This document shows positions 19,240 to 28,690 of a DNA stretch of 64,000 nucleotides, piece by piece (position 1 is the first letter of the stretch; the number at the start of each line of letters is the position of its first letter). Made by a program: the position numbers and the translations under genes. The stretch comes from an uncultured bacterium. Lineage in GTDB: Bacteria; Acidobacteriota; HRBIN11; JAKEFK01. The notes below the pieces were generated by a model that was not told the DNA's origin, did not search any database, and was given only the letters and a program-made list of their open reading frames with translations. The stretch covers positions 576,001 through 640,000 of the forward strand of contig CAVZQN010000003.1 of the NCBI GenBank assembly GCA_963777505.1, read 5' to 3'.

Positions 19240-20420
19240 TTTTCTTCAACATATTTACGAAGCTCTGTTGTTAATGAACATTCTGCCGGAATCACAAATT
19301 CAGGTACCGCGGCACTTTCGGGTAAGGGACCTGCTCCGCCAGTTAAACAGCAAAGGACAGACTCACCGCGGCAGATCAAACCGTCGTTGATCGCTTTCAA
19401 TATTCCAGTACCCGCAAGAAGCCCGGCCTTTTCAATGTAATCTGCTTTGCCATTCACGCGGATGACGGTCGGTTGTATGCCTGCCTTTGTAAGAAGTTCG
19501 AGATAATCATCAAGATATTTTTCAAAATCTGCGACACGAACCGCCATCATATGTCCGCCTACAACTTGCAATATCTCATTGAGTAGGGGATAGGTTTGTG
19601 CCGGATTTGCGTTATAAAGCGCGGGTTCTATGAAAGGCTCACCAGTGCCATCAAAATTTGTGGATGCTAAATTATCCCGTTTGTTATTCCATGCTTCAAC
19701 AATTGGTGAAACTCTTGCTTGTTGTATTCCCAAAAATTTTGGAATCCATTGCGGATCAATTTCTCCTGATTGCGAAAGTTCTCGCAAGGTTGTAAAAACT
19801 CCAATCGGACCGAACCCTGCACATACTGCCTGACCGAGCCAATGAAATCCGTGCTTCATTTGTCTCATCGATTCAGCAATGAACAAACTACGGAAACGGG
19901 CTGAAAGGAGCCTCCATTCCATTTTTGGGATTACAGGTATATTGCAGAATGAAGCAAAAAGAGTTGCTGCTTCTTTTACCCTTTGATCCTGTCCTTGAAT
20001 CGCAATGAGATGTGCGCCAGGACGTTCAAAGAGTCTTCCATCCAGTTTGAATAGAGTATTTGTTGGGCAGAAAAAGAAAGTTTCCAGGCCAATTTTGCCG
20101 GCGTAATCTGTTAATGCGACACCAGTATTTGCACCGGATGAAAATGCAACTTGTTTGTATCCTGAATTTTTGCAAATCGCTGTTGTAAGACAACCATCAA
20201 GCGACTTATATGTTCCCGTTTTCATTCCACTCGATTCATCCAGTAAGAAAAGCTGAACGCCATGATATTCACCAAGTTCCAGGATCCGTGAACCCTCTTG
20301 CTGTGTAGTGAGTTGAATCGCATCAATCAATCCATCGGAAAGCAAAGCAGAGGCATAGCGCAAAATTAGTCTGCTGCCTGAACTATATGAAGGATCAATC
20401 TCAAATCGAAGCTGATTCAT
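19215..20420 (-). CDS. Fold-type II PLP enzyme, threonine synthase/cysteate synthase-like
   Basis: MKTGTYKSLDG (PLP Lys), SSGANTG, QAVCAGFG, C-terminal LTGG; start moved to MNQLRF. Confidence 0.72.
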   Translation of the reverse strand: MNQLRFEIDPSYSSGSRLILRYASALLSDGLIDAIQLTTQQEGSRILELGEYHGVQLFLLDESSGMKTGTYKSLDGCLTTAICKNSGYKQVAFSSGANTGVALTDYAGKIGLETFFFCPTNTLFKLDGRLFERPGAHLIAIQGQDQRVKEAATLFASFCNIPVIPKMEWRLLSARFRSLFIAESMRQMKHGFHWLGQAVCAGFGPIGVFTTLRELSQSGEIDPQWIPKFLGIQQARVSPIVEAWNNKRDNLASTNFDGTGEPFIEPALYNANPAQTYPLLNEILQVVGGHMMAVRVADFEKYLDDYLELLTKAGIQPTVIRVNGKADYIEKAGLLAGTGILKAINDGLICRGESVLCCLTGGAGPLPESAAVPEFVIPAECSLTTELRKYVEEKCGLIPVD

Positions 20421-21543
20421 GTTCTTGCACAGTTCTAATAATGTCGATGATTTCTTCTTCCGTACATCCTTCTCGTTCTTTAAGAATCGCCAGAAGTTTC
20501 GGAATTTCTTCGGGTGTGACATCTTTACCGCTCTTTTGCAAAAAGGGCTGAAGTGCGGCAGTGTAATCGACCGGCAAATTGAAATGGTACGTGCGATGCG
20601 TACCAATCTGTTCCGGTGGAAATGGTTCAAAGGCACTCGGATTACCGCCCGCAATACAACGGATGTGCATCACAGGGAGATGAGCAAAGCAGTAATCACC
20701 TACGATTGGTTTAGTAGGCGAATTTTTCAAACCTGTAATTCGTTCGGTAAGCTCTGCTAATTCGCGAAGCCGATGCGTATCAAGGCCTGTTGAGTATTCA
20801 AATAAATTTTCAAGAGCAAGTGCTACTTCTTCAAGCGCAGCATTTCCAGCTCTTCCACCGATTCCATTAACAGCAACATCCACCGCTGTTGCGCCGCCTT
20901 CAATGGAAGCCAGTGAGTTCGCTGTAGCCATGCCGTAATCATTATGACAGTGCACAAGAATGGGCAATTGCGAAGTGTTCAGAATGTCAGAAACAAGAGA
21001 CCGCATCTTGGAAGGAATCATGATTCCGACAGAATCGTAAACGACTAAACGCGTTACGCCGAGATCTTTCAGCGGCTTTACGATTTTAAGCAAGCGTTCA
21101 ATTGGTGCGCGTGTAGAATCAATAAGTCCTACTCCAATTTGCAAGGATGTTTTCCGCGCGTATTCAAGCACAGTTTCCAAACGGTCTTGAATTTCTTCAA
21201 CGCGCATTCCGTACAAAGCTGGATCGGACAACAAATAATCAGACGTTGGACCAAGAACATCGATCCGGTGGATGTCATGTTCCGCTGCAAGGTCGATATG
21301 TTTCTTCCAGCGCTGCGTATAAAAAGGAATCAGAGCAGTCGCACGGATAGCAAAGCCATTCTCTTTTATGAGATCGGCAACTTCTAGGCATGCGGCAACC
21401 CCGTCAGGCAGGCCGATTTCAATTTCTGGAACACCAATATCATTCAGAAGTCTAATAAATTCGCGCTTCTGTTCTAATGTGATATTGGAACCAGGCATTT
21501 GAATGCCTTCACGCAGAGTCGTGTCACGGAGTAGAACTCTCAC
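20401..21543 (-). CDS. LeuA/homocitrate synthase-like DRE-TIM acetyl-CoA condensing enzyme, no regulatory domain
   Basis: DTTLREGIQ, HCHNDYGMATAN, GIGGRAGNA, PIVG; GTG start 21543 after GGGGA. Confidence 0.85.
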   Translation of the reverse strand: MRVLLRDTTLREGIQMPGSNITLEQKREFIRLLNDIGVPEIEIGLPDGVAACLEVADLIKENGFAIRATALIPFYTQRWKKHIDLAAEHDIHRIDVLGPTSDYLLSDPALYGMRVEEIQDRLETVLEYARKTSLQIGVGLIDSTRAPIERLLKIVKPLKDLGVTRLVVYDSVGIMIPSKMRSLVSDILNTSQLPILVHCHNDYGMATANSLASIEGGATAVDVAVNGIGGRAGNAALEEVALALENLFEYSTGLDTHRLRELAELTERITGLKNSPTKPIVGDYCFAHLPVMHIRCIAGGNPSAFEPFPPEQIGTHRTYHFNLPVDYTAALQPFLQKSGKDVTPEEIPKLLAILKEREGCTEEEIIDIIRTVQEHESASI

Positions 21544-21633
21544 AGTCTTCCCCTGAGCCGCTATTATATTCGTTTTTGAGCTAATGAGCCCCACACCAGT
21601 CTAGAGCCGTGGACAACTCAAAGCAGATCCGCC

Positions 21634-23025
21634 TTATTTTTTTTGAATTCCGAGGCGACTCATCATTTTGCGCAGACCAAATGGTGTTATTTTCAAATGA
21701 GCGGCCGCCTTTTTAACGTTTCCCTGATAAAGTTTTAAAGCCTGAAAAATCAATTCGGTCCTGACGCTATTTAACGTTTCGTTAATATCATGGGGAGTCT
21801 CGCCAAACGCTTTTGGTGCTAGTAAGACAGAATCTGATCGCCGTTCTGTTGCCGACATCTTTTCTGGTAATAGATGAACATCCAGAATCTCACCGGGATG
21901 CGCGAGAGCTACCATTGATCGAAGGATGTTAATCAGCTCCCTGGTATTTCCCGGGTAAGGATACTGTTTGAGTGAGTTCATTAATTTATTGCTGATGCCG
22001 GAAAGCCGCTTATTTTCCTTCTTTGATATTTGATACAGCAGAGCAGGGATCAAGACTTCAACATCCTCACTTCTTTCGCGTAACGGTGGTAAATCAATCT
22101 CCACAGTTGCGAGCCGGTGGTATAAATCTTCACGAAGTTTTTGATCGCGGATCAATTCGGATGGTTCCTGATTCGTTGCCGAGATTAACCGAAAATCAAC
22201 TGGGATCGATCGATTCTCACCAACCGGTGTGATGCACTTATCTTGAACTGCTCTGAGTACTTTTGCCTGCAATGGATAGGGAAAGGCGCTTAATTCATCA
22301 AGAAAAAGTGTGCCTTGATCCGCTAACATCATTTTTCCTTTTCTTTGATTTACATTGGTGGCAACTTTTTCACCGATTCCAAAAAGCTCAGTTTCAGCCA
22401 AATCCTGAGGGATCGCTGCACAATTAATTGCAACAAAAGGCTTGTTGGCTCTGTTGCTTGAATGATGAATCATTGTAGCCATCATTTCTTTTCCTGTGCC
22501 GGTTTCACCTACAAGCATAACGTTCGTATCGCTTTTGCAGATTGAGTGAATTTTTTGATAAATCTCCAACATTGATGATGACTTGCATGGAATTAAGCCT
22601 TCAGGGAACACTAAATTCGAAAAAGAATAAATTGGCTCTGCGTCTCTTACCGGAATTACAGTGACTCGATCTGTTGATTGAGATTGATCCGGGATTGTCA
22701 TTTCGATGATTGGCTGAATTGATTGAATCTCATCATCCGATGATTCAACCTTGATTCTTAGGGTTCCTGCTTGTATGAAGTCACCGTGGCGAATTGGAGA
22801 CTCAATGATGGTTTTGCCATTTAGTGCCGTGCCATTTGTGCTTCCTAAATCGCGAACCCACCACGAATCATTTTTCTTGAACAATGAAAAATGCTGCCGG
22901 GAAATTCCCTTAAACGGCAAATAAATCGCATTTTCGGGTAAAGATCCGGCGGTCATTTCGTTGGAAGTGTCCATCAAGGGCAGCGCAATTGGTCTTGAAC
23001 TGCAGTCTACTACCAGAGTAATCAT
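21634..23025 (-). CDS. FHA-domain sigma54-type enhancer-binding protein (AAA+ and Fis HTH), paralog 1
   Basis: FHA ISRQH...DLGSTNGT; GETGTGKE, INCAAIP, LFLDE, LREDLYHRL, YPGNTREL; C-terminal HTH. Confidence 0.9.
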   Translation of the reverse strand: MITLVVDCSSRPIALPLMDTSNEMTAGSLPENAIYLPFKGISRQHFSLFKKNDSWWVRDLGSTNGTALNGKTIIESPIRHGDFIQAGTLRIKVESSDDEIQSIQPIIEMTIPDQSQSTDRVTVIPVRDAEPIYSFSNLVFPEGLIPCKSSSMLEIYQKIHSICKSDTNVMLVGETGTGKEMMATMIHHSSNRANKPFVAINCAAIPQDLAETELFGIGEKVATNVNQRKGKMMLADQGTLFLDELSAFPYPLQAKVLRAVQDKCITPVGENRSIPVDFRLISATNQEPSELIRDQKLREDLYHRLATVEIDLPPLRERSEDVEVLIPALLYQISKKENKRLSGISNKLMNSLKQYPYPGNTRELINILRSMVALAHPGEILDVHLLPEKMSATERRSDSVLLAPKAFGETPHDINETLNSVRTELIFQALKLYQGNVKKAAAHLKITPFGLRKMMSRLGIQKK

Positions 23026-23079
23026 TTCGTTCTCCTTCCTACCGTTTCCCAAGTTAATTCCTGTTTCAATTCTTCCCAG

Positions 23080-23095
23080 AGCAACCGTTGTGCCA
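23080..23095 (-). promoter_or_regulatory. Sigma54 (-24/-12) promoter
   Basis: Minus strand TGGCAC-AACGG-TTGCT, a perfect consensus match, 55 bp upstream of the FHA-bEBP1 start. Confidence 0.75.
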
Positions 23096-23198
23096 ATTGT
23101 TCTAAAAGAAAGTTATTGACGTGGAAGATGGAGTTGTTGAGTTACGCAAGAGACAAAGATTGCCTGGTCAAGCAACATTTGTCCCAGCGTTGTTATTT

Positions 23199-25499
23199 CT
23201 ATTGAGTGGGCTTTTTCGACTTGAATTCCTGAATTCTTTTTGCGGCCAATTGAGTTTCGGGATTACTTTCCCCGTTTAAAGCCAGCAATTCAGCGTGACC
23301 TTCATTCAGCATTTTCTCTGCTTCTTGAAAACGATTCATACTCATCAAACATTCACCGAGATTGCTTTTGACACTGGCGCGATAGGAAGGATCAAAATCG
23401 GACTTTATTAAAATTGCTAACGATTCACGGAAGAAAGTTTCCGCTTTCACAGGCTCACTTTTTTGTTGTAGAGTTTGCGCAAGATTATTCATAGTGAGTG
23501 CTAAATGAGGATGATTCGCAGGCAAAATTTTTTGCCTGATGGAAAGACTGGTTCGAAAAGTGCTTTCTGCCTCTTCCAAATTTCCCTTTGCAAGTAGAAC
23601 TCTGCCAAGATTATTCAAGCTATTCGCTGTAAGTGGATGTTCCTTGCCAAGGAGTCTTTCGTTCATCGCTAGAGTTTTTCGAATCAAGGATTCCGCTTCA
23701 TCAAGCTGGCCGCCGCGTTGAAGCACAATTGCGAGATTATTCAGGCTTAACGCCACATTGGGATGATCTTCTCCATATCTTTTTTGATCCAGACGTAGTA
23801 CTTCACGGAAGATAGATTCCGCCCCCGCATAATCATTCTTACTAACAAGAATTCCCCCGAGATTATTTAAGCTTGTTGCAACTTCTTCGTGTTCCGGACC
23901 AAATATTCTTTTGCGCATTTCCAAGGCTTCGCGATGCAGCCGCTCAGCTTCATCAATTTGTCCTTTGTCACGAAGCAACACAGCAAGATTATTCAAACTC
24001 TGCGCGACTTGGGCATTATCTTTTTTGAATAAATTTTTCCGTAATGCTAATGATTGACGAAACGCTTTTTCAGAATCGTTCATCATTCCTTTTTCCTGAT
24101 AAAGCGTTCCCAGGTGGTCAAGCGTTGACGCATAATACTGATTATTGGTCGCCTTTAACCGCGTCCAAATTTCAAGTGCTTTCTTGAGTTGCTGCTCAGC
24201 TTCATCATGGCGGCCGAGATCAAGAAAGGTGACACCAATTGTGTTGCGAACTTCGGCTTCAATTTCCGGCTGGTTTTTTAGCTTTTCCTCAATACGTTTG
24301 GATGCAGCCTGTACAGCTTCAACAAGTGTGATATCGCGTCCCTGATCTCCAAAAGGATCAGCCGAAGTTAATGTCGTTTGCAAAAATTCTTTAACTGCAT
24401 TGGCGCGAGCGGCTTCATGTTCGGCAACACGTCTTGCTTCTTCAGCCCGGTTGCGCTGATTCATCACTTCTACAACAAAAATGATTGTAGAGAGAACAAT
24501 CGCTGCCAGGGCTGTTGCGACAACGGCTACGATGACTTTATGCTTCTTTGCTTTACGTCCTAATTTGTAAAGCAAATCAGGCGGACGAGCCAGGATCGGA
24601 TCGCCATCCAAATATCGTTTTATTTCTTCCGCGACAGCACGCGCGGAATCGTAACGCCGATCCGGCTCTCTCTCAAGGCATTTCATAACAATCGTTTCAA
24701 CATCGGGTGGAACTTGTGGCGTAATTTTTCGGAGAGGCATCGGATCTTTGTTCGCTAAATCAAAAACAACTTCAATCGTCTTTCCATCAAAAGGTGGACG
24801 GCCTGCGAAAATTCGGTACATTGTCGCTCCCAGGCTGTACACATCCGATCTTCGATCTAATGATTCCGAATTTCCCCACGCTTGCTCAGGAGACATATAC
24901 GATGGGGTTCCTACGACCAATCCATTCATCGTTGTACCTGGAAGTGCAATTTGCCGGGCTAATCCAAAATCCAAAACATACGGACGCCAACCGGATTCTG
25001 ATCGTTCTACCATAATGTTTCCCGGCTTGAGATCGCGGTGGATAATGCCAAGACGGTGCGCCGCATGAACTGCTTCACTCACTTGTTGAATCATCCGGCA
25101 TCTTTCTTCAACAGTCATTTTTGTCGCAGCCTTCTCCAAACTTTCACCATCGATAAACTGCATCGCAATATACTGTTTGCCGGAAAAAGTTCCTATTTCA
25201 TAGATCTTACAAATGTGATCATGCTCAATTTGTGCTTGTGCACGCGCTTCCTGCAGGAGACGCTTCTCTTCAACAGCATCGTCGCCTAGAAGAAACTTCA
25301 GCGCGACGTGCCGATTCAAGACAGCATCAAAGGCTTTGTAAACGACTGCTGTCCCTCCAGACCCAAGAGTGTCCAGAACTTTGTAGCGGTCCCATTGATC
25401 AAAGGACAGATTGGCGAATTCATATTTGACAGGAGCCCTGTCGACATCAGGGCCTAGAACGACGGTAGTTCGGTCAGAAGGATGACCTTTCTTGTCCAT
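23199..25499 (-). CDS. Hanks-type Ser/Thr kinase with TM segment and TPR repeats
   Basis: LGSGG, VALK, IIHRDLKPGN, LDFGLA, GTPSYMSPEQ; TM; repeated SLNNL TPRs; start moved to MDKKG. Confidence 0.93.
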   Translation of the reverse strand: MDKKGHPSDRTTVVLGPDVDRAPVKYEFANLSFDQWDRYKVLDTLGSGGTAVVYKAFDAVLNRHVALKFLLGDDAVEEKRLLQEARAQAQIEHDHICKIYEIGTFSGKQYIAMQFIDGESLEKAATKMTVEERCRMIQQVSEAVHAAHRLGIIHRDLKPGNIMVERSESGWRPYVLDFGLARQIALPGTTMNGLVVGTPSYMSPEQAWGNSESLDRRSDVYSLGATMYRIFAGRPPFDGKTIEVVFDLANKDPMPLRKITPQVPPDVETIVMKCLEREPDRRYDSARAVAEEIKRYLDGDPILARPPDLLYKLGRKAKKHKVIVAVVATALAAIVLSTIIFVVEVMNQRNRAEEARRVAEHEAARANAVKEFLQTTLTSADPFGDQGRDITLVEAVQAASKRIEEKLKNQPEIEAEVRNTIGVTFLDLGRHDEAEQQLKKALEIWTRLKATNNQYYASTLDHLGTLYQEKGMMNDSEKAFRQSLALRKNLFKKDNAQVAQSLNNLAVLLRDKGQIDEAERLHREALEMRKRIFGPEHEEVATSLNNLGGILVSKNDYAGAESIFREVLRLDQKRYGEDHPNVALSLNNLAIVLQRGGQLDEAESLIRKTLAMNERLLGKEHPLTANSLNNLGRVLLAKGNLEEAESTFRTSLSIRQKILPANHPHLALTMNNLAQTLQQKSEPVKAETFFRESLAILIKSDFDPSYRASVKSNLGECLMSMNRFQEAEKMLNEGHAELLALNGESNPETQLAAKRIQEFKSKKPTQ

Positions 25500-25551
25500 A
25501 TCCCGCTTAGACTGTTTACTTTTTATCACAAAAAAGTGGTAAAAACATTGT

Positions 25552-26937
25552 GTGATCAAACTGGTAACAGGCTCTACCGAAAGACCGATCGCATTTCCAT
25601 TACCTGAAACTTCAAACGAACTTATCGCGGGATCTCTTCCTGAGAATGCTATTTATCTTCCATATAAAGGAATTTCCAGACAGCATTTTTCTCTTAAACG
25701 GAAAAAAGGTGAGTGGTATGTCCGTGATTTGGAGAGTACGAATGGAACGCTTTTAAATGGACAGAAAATCACAGAATCAATCATTCGTCCGAAAGACACG
25801 ATTCAAGCTGGAAACGTAGTGATTCACGTTGAAGCTTCTGAACAAGAGTTCCGGCCTATTGAGACAACTTCATCAGGTCAATCTGCTGAAGACCGAAGGA
25901 AAACAGAAAAGGTAGGAATGGTTCCTTTAGAAGGTTACCAGCCAGTTTACTCTTTTACCCGATTAGTAATACCTGACGGAATGGTAATGTGCAAGTCGTC
26001 TGAAATGGTTGATATCTATAGAAAAATAGATTCGATTTGTGAAAGTGACGCAAACGTACTGCTGGTTGGCGAAACAGGAACGGGAAAAGAAATGCTGGCG
26101 AAAATGCTGCATCTATCAAGCAAAAGAGCTACGGAACCATTTGTGGCTATTAATTGCGCAGCGATTCCAGCAGATCTAGCAGAATCTGAACTTTTCGGAA
26201 TCGGCGAAAAAGTTGCAACCAATGTTAATCAGAGAAAAGGAAAGATGGCGCTGGCTGACAAAGGAACTCTATTTCTGGATGAGTTAAGTTCATTTCCTTA
26301 TGACCTTCAGGCAAAAATCTTGAGAGTGGTTGAAGAGAAATCAGTAACTCCATTAGGTGAAAACCGCCCCCTAAATGTTAACTTCCGGATCATCTCGGCC
26401 ACAAATCTATCTCCGGAAGAACTAATTCGAACGCATCAATTGCGTGAAGATTTATATCACCGGCTGGGAACTGTTGAGATTTACATACCACCTTTGCGAG
26501 AACGGAGGGAAGATTTAGAAGTGATCATCCCCACTCTGCTTCACCAAATTGCCAGTAATGAAAACAAGCGATTTCCAGGAATCAGTTCGCGATTGATGTC
26601 TCTGCTGTTTCATTATTCTTTTCCAGGCAATACCCGGGAACTTATTAATATTCTGAGATCGATGGTCGTTTTGGCTCATCCTGGAGAGTTATTGGACATC
26701 CATTTAATTCCTGAAAAAATTCTTCAATCTAAAGAACCATCAGATGTCGATTCATTCGATAACGCGTTCGGTAACAACCCATTTGATTTAAGAGAGACGC
26801 TTCACAACATCACCAGGAAAATGATTTCACATACACTGACGCTCCATGATGGAAATATTAAGAAGGCTGCAGCTCATTTAAAGCTCACCACTTTTGGTTT
26901 GAGAAAGATGATGAAACGCCTTGAGATCAAAAAGTAA
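25552..26937 (+). CDS. FHA-domain sigma54-type enhancer-binding protein, paralog 2
   Basis: Same architecture and motifs as 21634-23025, visibly similar along its whole length. Confidence 0.9.
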   Translation: MIKLVTGSTERPIAFPLPETSNELIAGSLPENAIYLPYKGISRQHFSLKRKKGEWYVRDLESTNGTLLNGQKITESIIRPKDTIQAGNVVIHVEASEQEFRPIETTSSGQSAEDRRKTEKVGMVPLEGYQPVYSFTRLVIPDGMVMCKSSEMVDIYRKIDSICESDANVLLVGETGTGKEMLAKMLHLSSKRATEPFVAINCAAIPADLAESELFGIGEKVATNVNQRKGKMALADKGTLFLDELSSFPYDLQAKILRVVEEKSVTPLGENRPLNVNFRIISATNLSPEELIRTHQLREDLYHRLGTVEIYIPPLRERREDLEVIIPTLLHQIASNENKRFPGISSRLMSLLFHYSFPGNTRELINILRSMVVLAHPGELLDIHLIPEKILQSKEPSDVDSFDNAFGNNPFDLRETLHNITRKMISHTLTLHDGNIKKAAAHLKLTTFGLRKMMKRLEIKK

Positions 26938-26957
26938 CCGCAGAGACACTGAGTCCG

Positions 26958-26988
26958 TTTACCCCCGGCTTACGCCGGGGGCTAGCGA
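26958..26988. repeat. REP-like palindrome (ACCCCCGGCTYACGCCGGGGGCTA family)
   Basis: Reverse complement of 37457-37487 with 1 mismatch in 31. Confidence 0.8.
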
Positions 26989-27068
26989 TTTTCAAAGCAG
27001 GACACGAACAACACGAAAAAAAACTTCGTGTTTCATCGTGATTTTCGTGGTCTCATTTTCAGATCGTT

Positions 27069-28268
27069 TCACGCTGACTTCTTTAAACTGCCATGCGGAT
27101 CAATAACAAATTTCTTGGCTGCTCCTTTGTCAAAATCTTGATACCCTTTCGGAGCATCGTCCAGTGGTACAACCGTAACATTGACAGCTTTAGCGATCTG
27201 AATCTTGTCATAGAGAATAGCTTGCATCAGTTGCCTGTTGTACTTCATTACGGGAGTTTGTCCTGTGATGAAGTAATGCGATTTGGCCCAACCCAAACCG
27301 AGACGTAAACTGAGATTTCCAGTCTGAGCATTTTTATCAACACCACCAGGATCTTCGGTTACATACAGACCAGGTATCCCGACGCCTCCTCCTGCCCGTG
27401 TAATGCTCATGAGAGAATTTAATACTGTTGCAGGCGCTTCTTTGATGGCTTCTGCGCCATGACCACGTGCTTCAAAACCGACACAATCAACAGCACAATC
27501 CACTTCGGGTTGTCCGACGATGGCTTCGATTTGTTCTGGTATGGTCGCGCTTTTGGAAACATCAATTGTTTCGCAGCCGAAGCTTTTCGCCTGAGCGAGA
27601 CGTTCCGAATTTAGATCACCCACAATCACACACGCGGCTCCCAACAGATGGCAGGACGCTGCGCAAGCAAGACCAACTGGACCAGCTCCCGCGATATACA
27701 CGATCGAGCCGGTGCCAACACCTGCACTAACGGCGCCATGATAACCTGTAGGCAGAATGTCTGATAAACAAGTTAAATCACGAATCTTCTCCATCGCCTG
27801 ATCTTTGTTGGGAAATTTCAGCAGATTGAAATCTGCATACGGTACCATCACGTACTCTGCTTGACCTCCAATCCATCCGCCCATATCTACATAGCCATAG
27901 GCGCCGCCTGGACGCGACGGATTTATGCTCAAACAAATTCCGGTGGCCCGCTCCTTACAGTTGCGGCACCGTCCGCAGGCGATATTAAACGGAACCGAGA
28001 CCAGGTCTCCTTTCTTAATGAATTCCACATCGTTCCCTGTCTCAATCACTTCGCCTGTGATCTCGTGTCCTAAAATCAATCCTTTGGGAGCAGTCGTGCG
28101 ACCTCTTACCATATGCTGATCGCTTCCACAAATATTTGTCGCAACAATCTTAAGCAGAACTCCATGTTCTGCCTTCTTACCATTCGGGCTGACTAATTTT
28201 GGATAGTCGATGTTTTGAACCTCGACCTCCCCCGTGCCCATGTATGCAACACCACGATTACTTGGCAT
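27069..28268 (-). CDS. fdhA: Glutathione-independent formaldehyde dehydrogenase
   Basis: TNICGSDQHMVRGRT, GHE, CGRCRNC, SDILPTGYHG, IPGLYVTEDPG, GLGWAKSH. Confidence 0.93.
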   Translation of the reverse strand: MPSNRGVAYMGTGEVEVQNIDYPKLVSPNGKKAEHGVLLKIVATNICGSDQHMVRGRTTAPKGLILGHEITGEVIETGNDVEFIKKGDLVSVPFNIACGRCRNCKERATGICLSINPSRPGGAYGYVDMGGWIGGQAEYVMVPYADFNLLKFPNKDQAMEKIRDLTCLSDILPTGYHGAVSAGVGTGSIVYIAGAGPVGLACAASCHLLGAACVIVGDLNSERLAQAKSFGCETIDVSKSATIPEQIEAIVGQPEVDCAVDCVGFEARGHGAEAIKEAPATVLNSLMSITRAGGGVGIPGLYVTEDPGGVDKNAQTGNLSLRLGLGWAKSHYFITGQTPVMKYNRQLMQAILYDKIQIAKAVNVTVVPLDDAPKGYQDFDKGAAKKFVIDPHGSLKKSA

Positions 28269-28294
28269 ACTTTCATTCCTCCTGTTCTAAAAAT

Positions 28295-28690
28295 CTAAAA
28301 GGCTGCTGCTCCCGCTTCCGCGACCGCATGGTCTTGTGCACCGGAACCACCACTGACGCCAATCGCGCCAATCACCTTACCTTCTCGTTTGAGCGGAATC
28401 CCGCCTGCGAAGATCATGATTCGGCCATTGTTAGACGCATGAATTCCAAAAAATTGACCACCGGATTGAGAATGTTCCGCCAGATCTTTAGTGGCAATAT
28501 CGAAGGCACGGGAAGTGAATGCTTTCTTCATCGAAATATCAATACTGCCAATCCAGGCTCCATCCATGCGAACGTGAGCAACTAAATTTCCTCCTGCATC
28601 GGCAACAGCTATGTTCATGGGCTGACCGATTTCGGCAGCCTTCTTTTCGGCGGCAGCAATAACTCTCCTTGCATCGTTGAGTGTAACCAT
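28295..28690 (-). CDS. GlcG/HbpS family heme-binding protein
   Basis: AVADAGG, RMDGA, KAFTS, GGIPL...GAIGVSGG...D. Confidence 0.9.
   Translation of the reverse strand: MVTLNDARRVIAAAEKKAAEIGQPMNIAVADAGGNLVAHVRMDGAWIGSIDISMKKAFTSRAFDIATKDLAEHSQSGGQFFGIHASNNGRIMIFAGGIPLKREGKVIGAIGVSGGSGAQDHAVAEAGAAAF

Noticed and set aside
5510-21543. Phosphonate, NRPS/PKS or RiPP cluster
   Set aside because: No PEP mutase (EDKxxxxxNS), no carrier, condensation or KS domains, no SPASM/RRE domain and no evident precursor peptide
23400-24200. Repetitive DNA within the kinase gene
   Set aside because: Explained by ordinary TPR protein repeats
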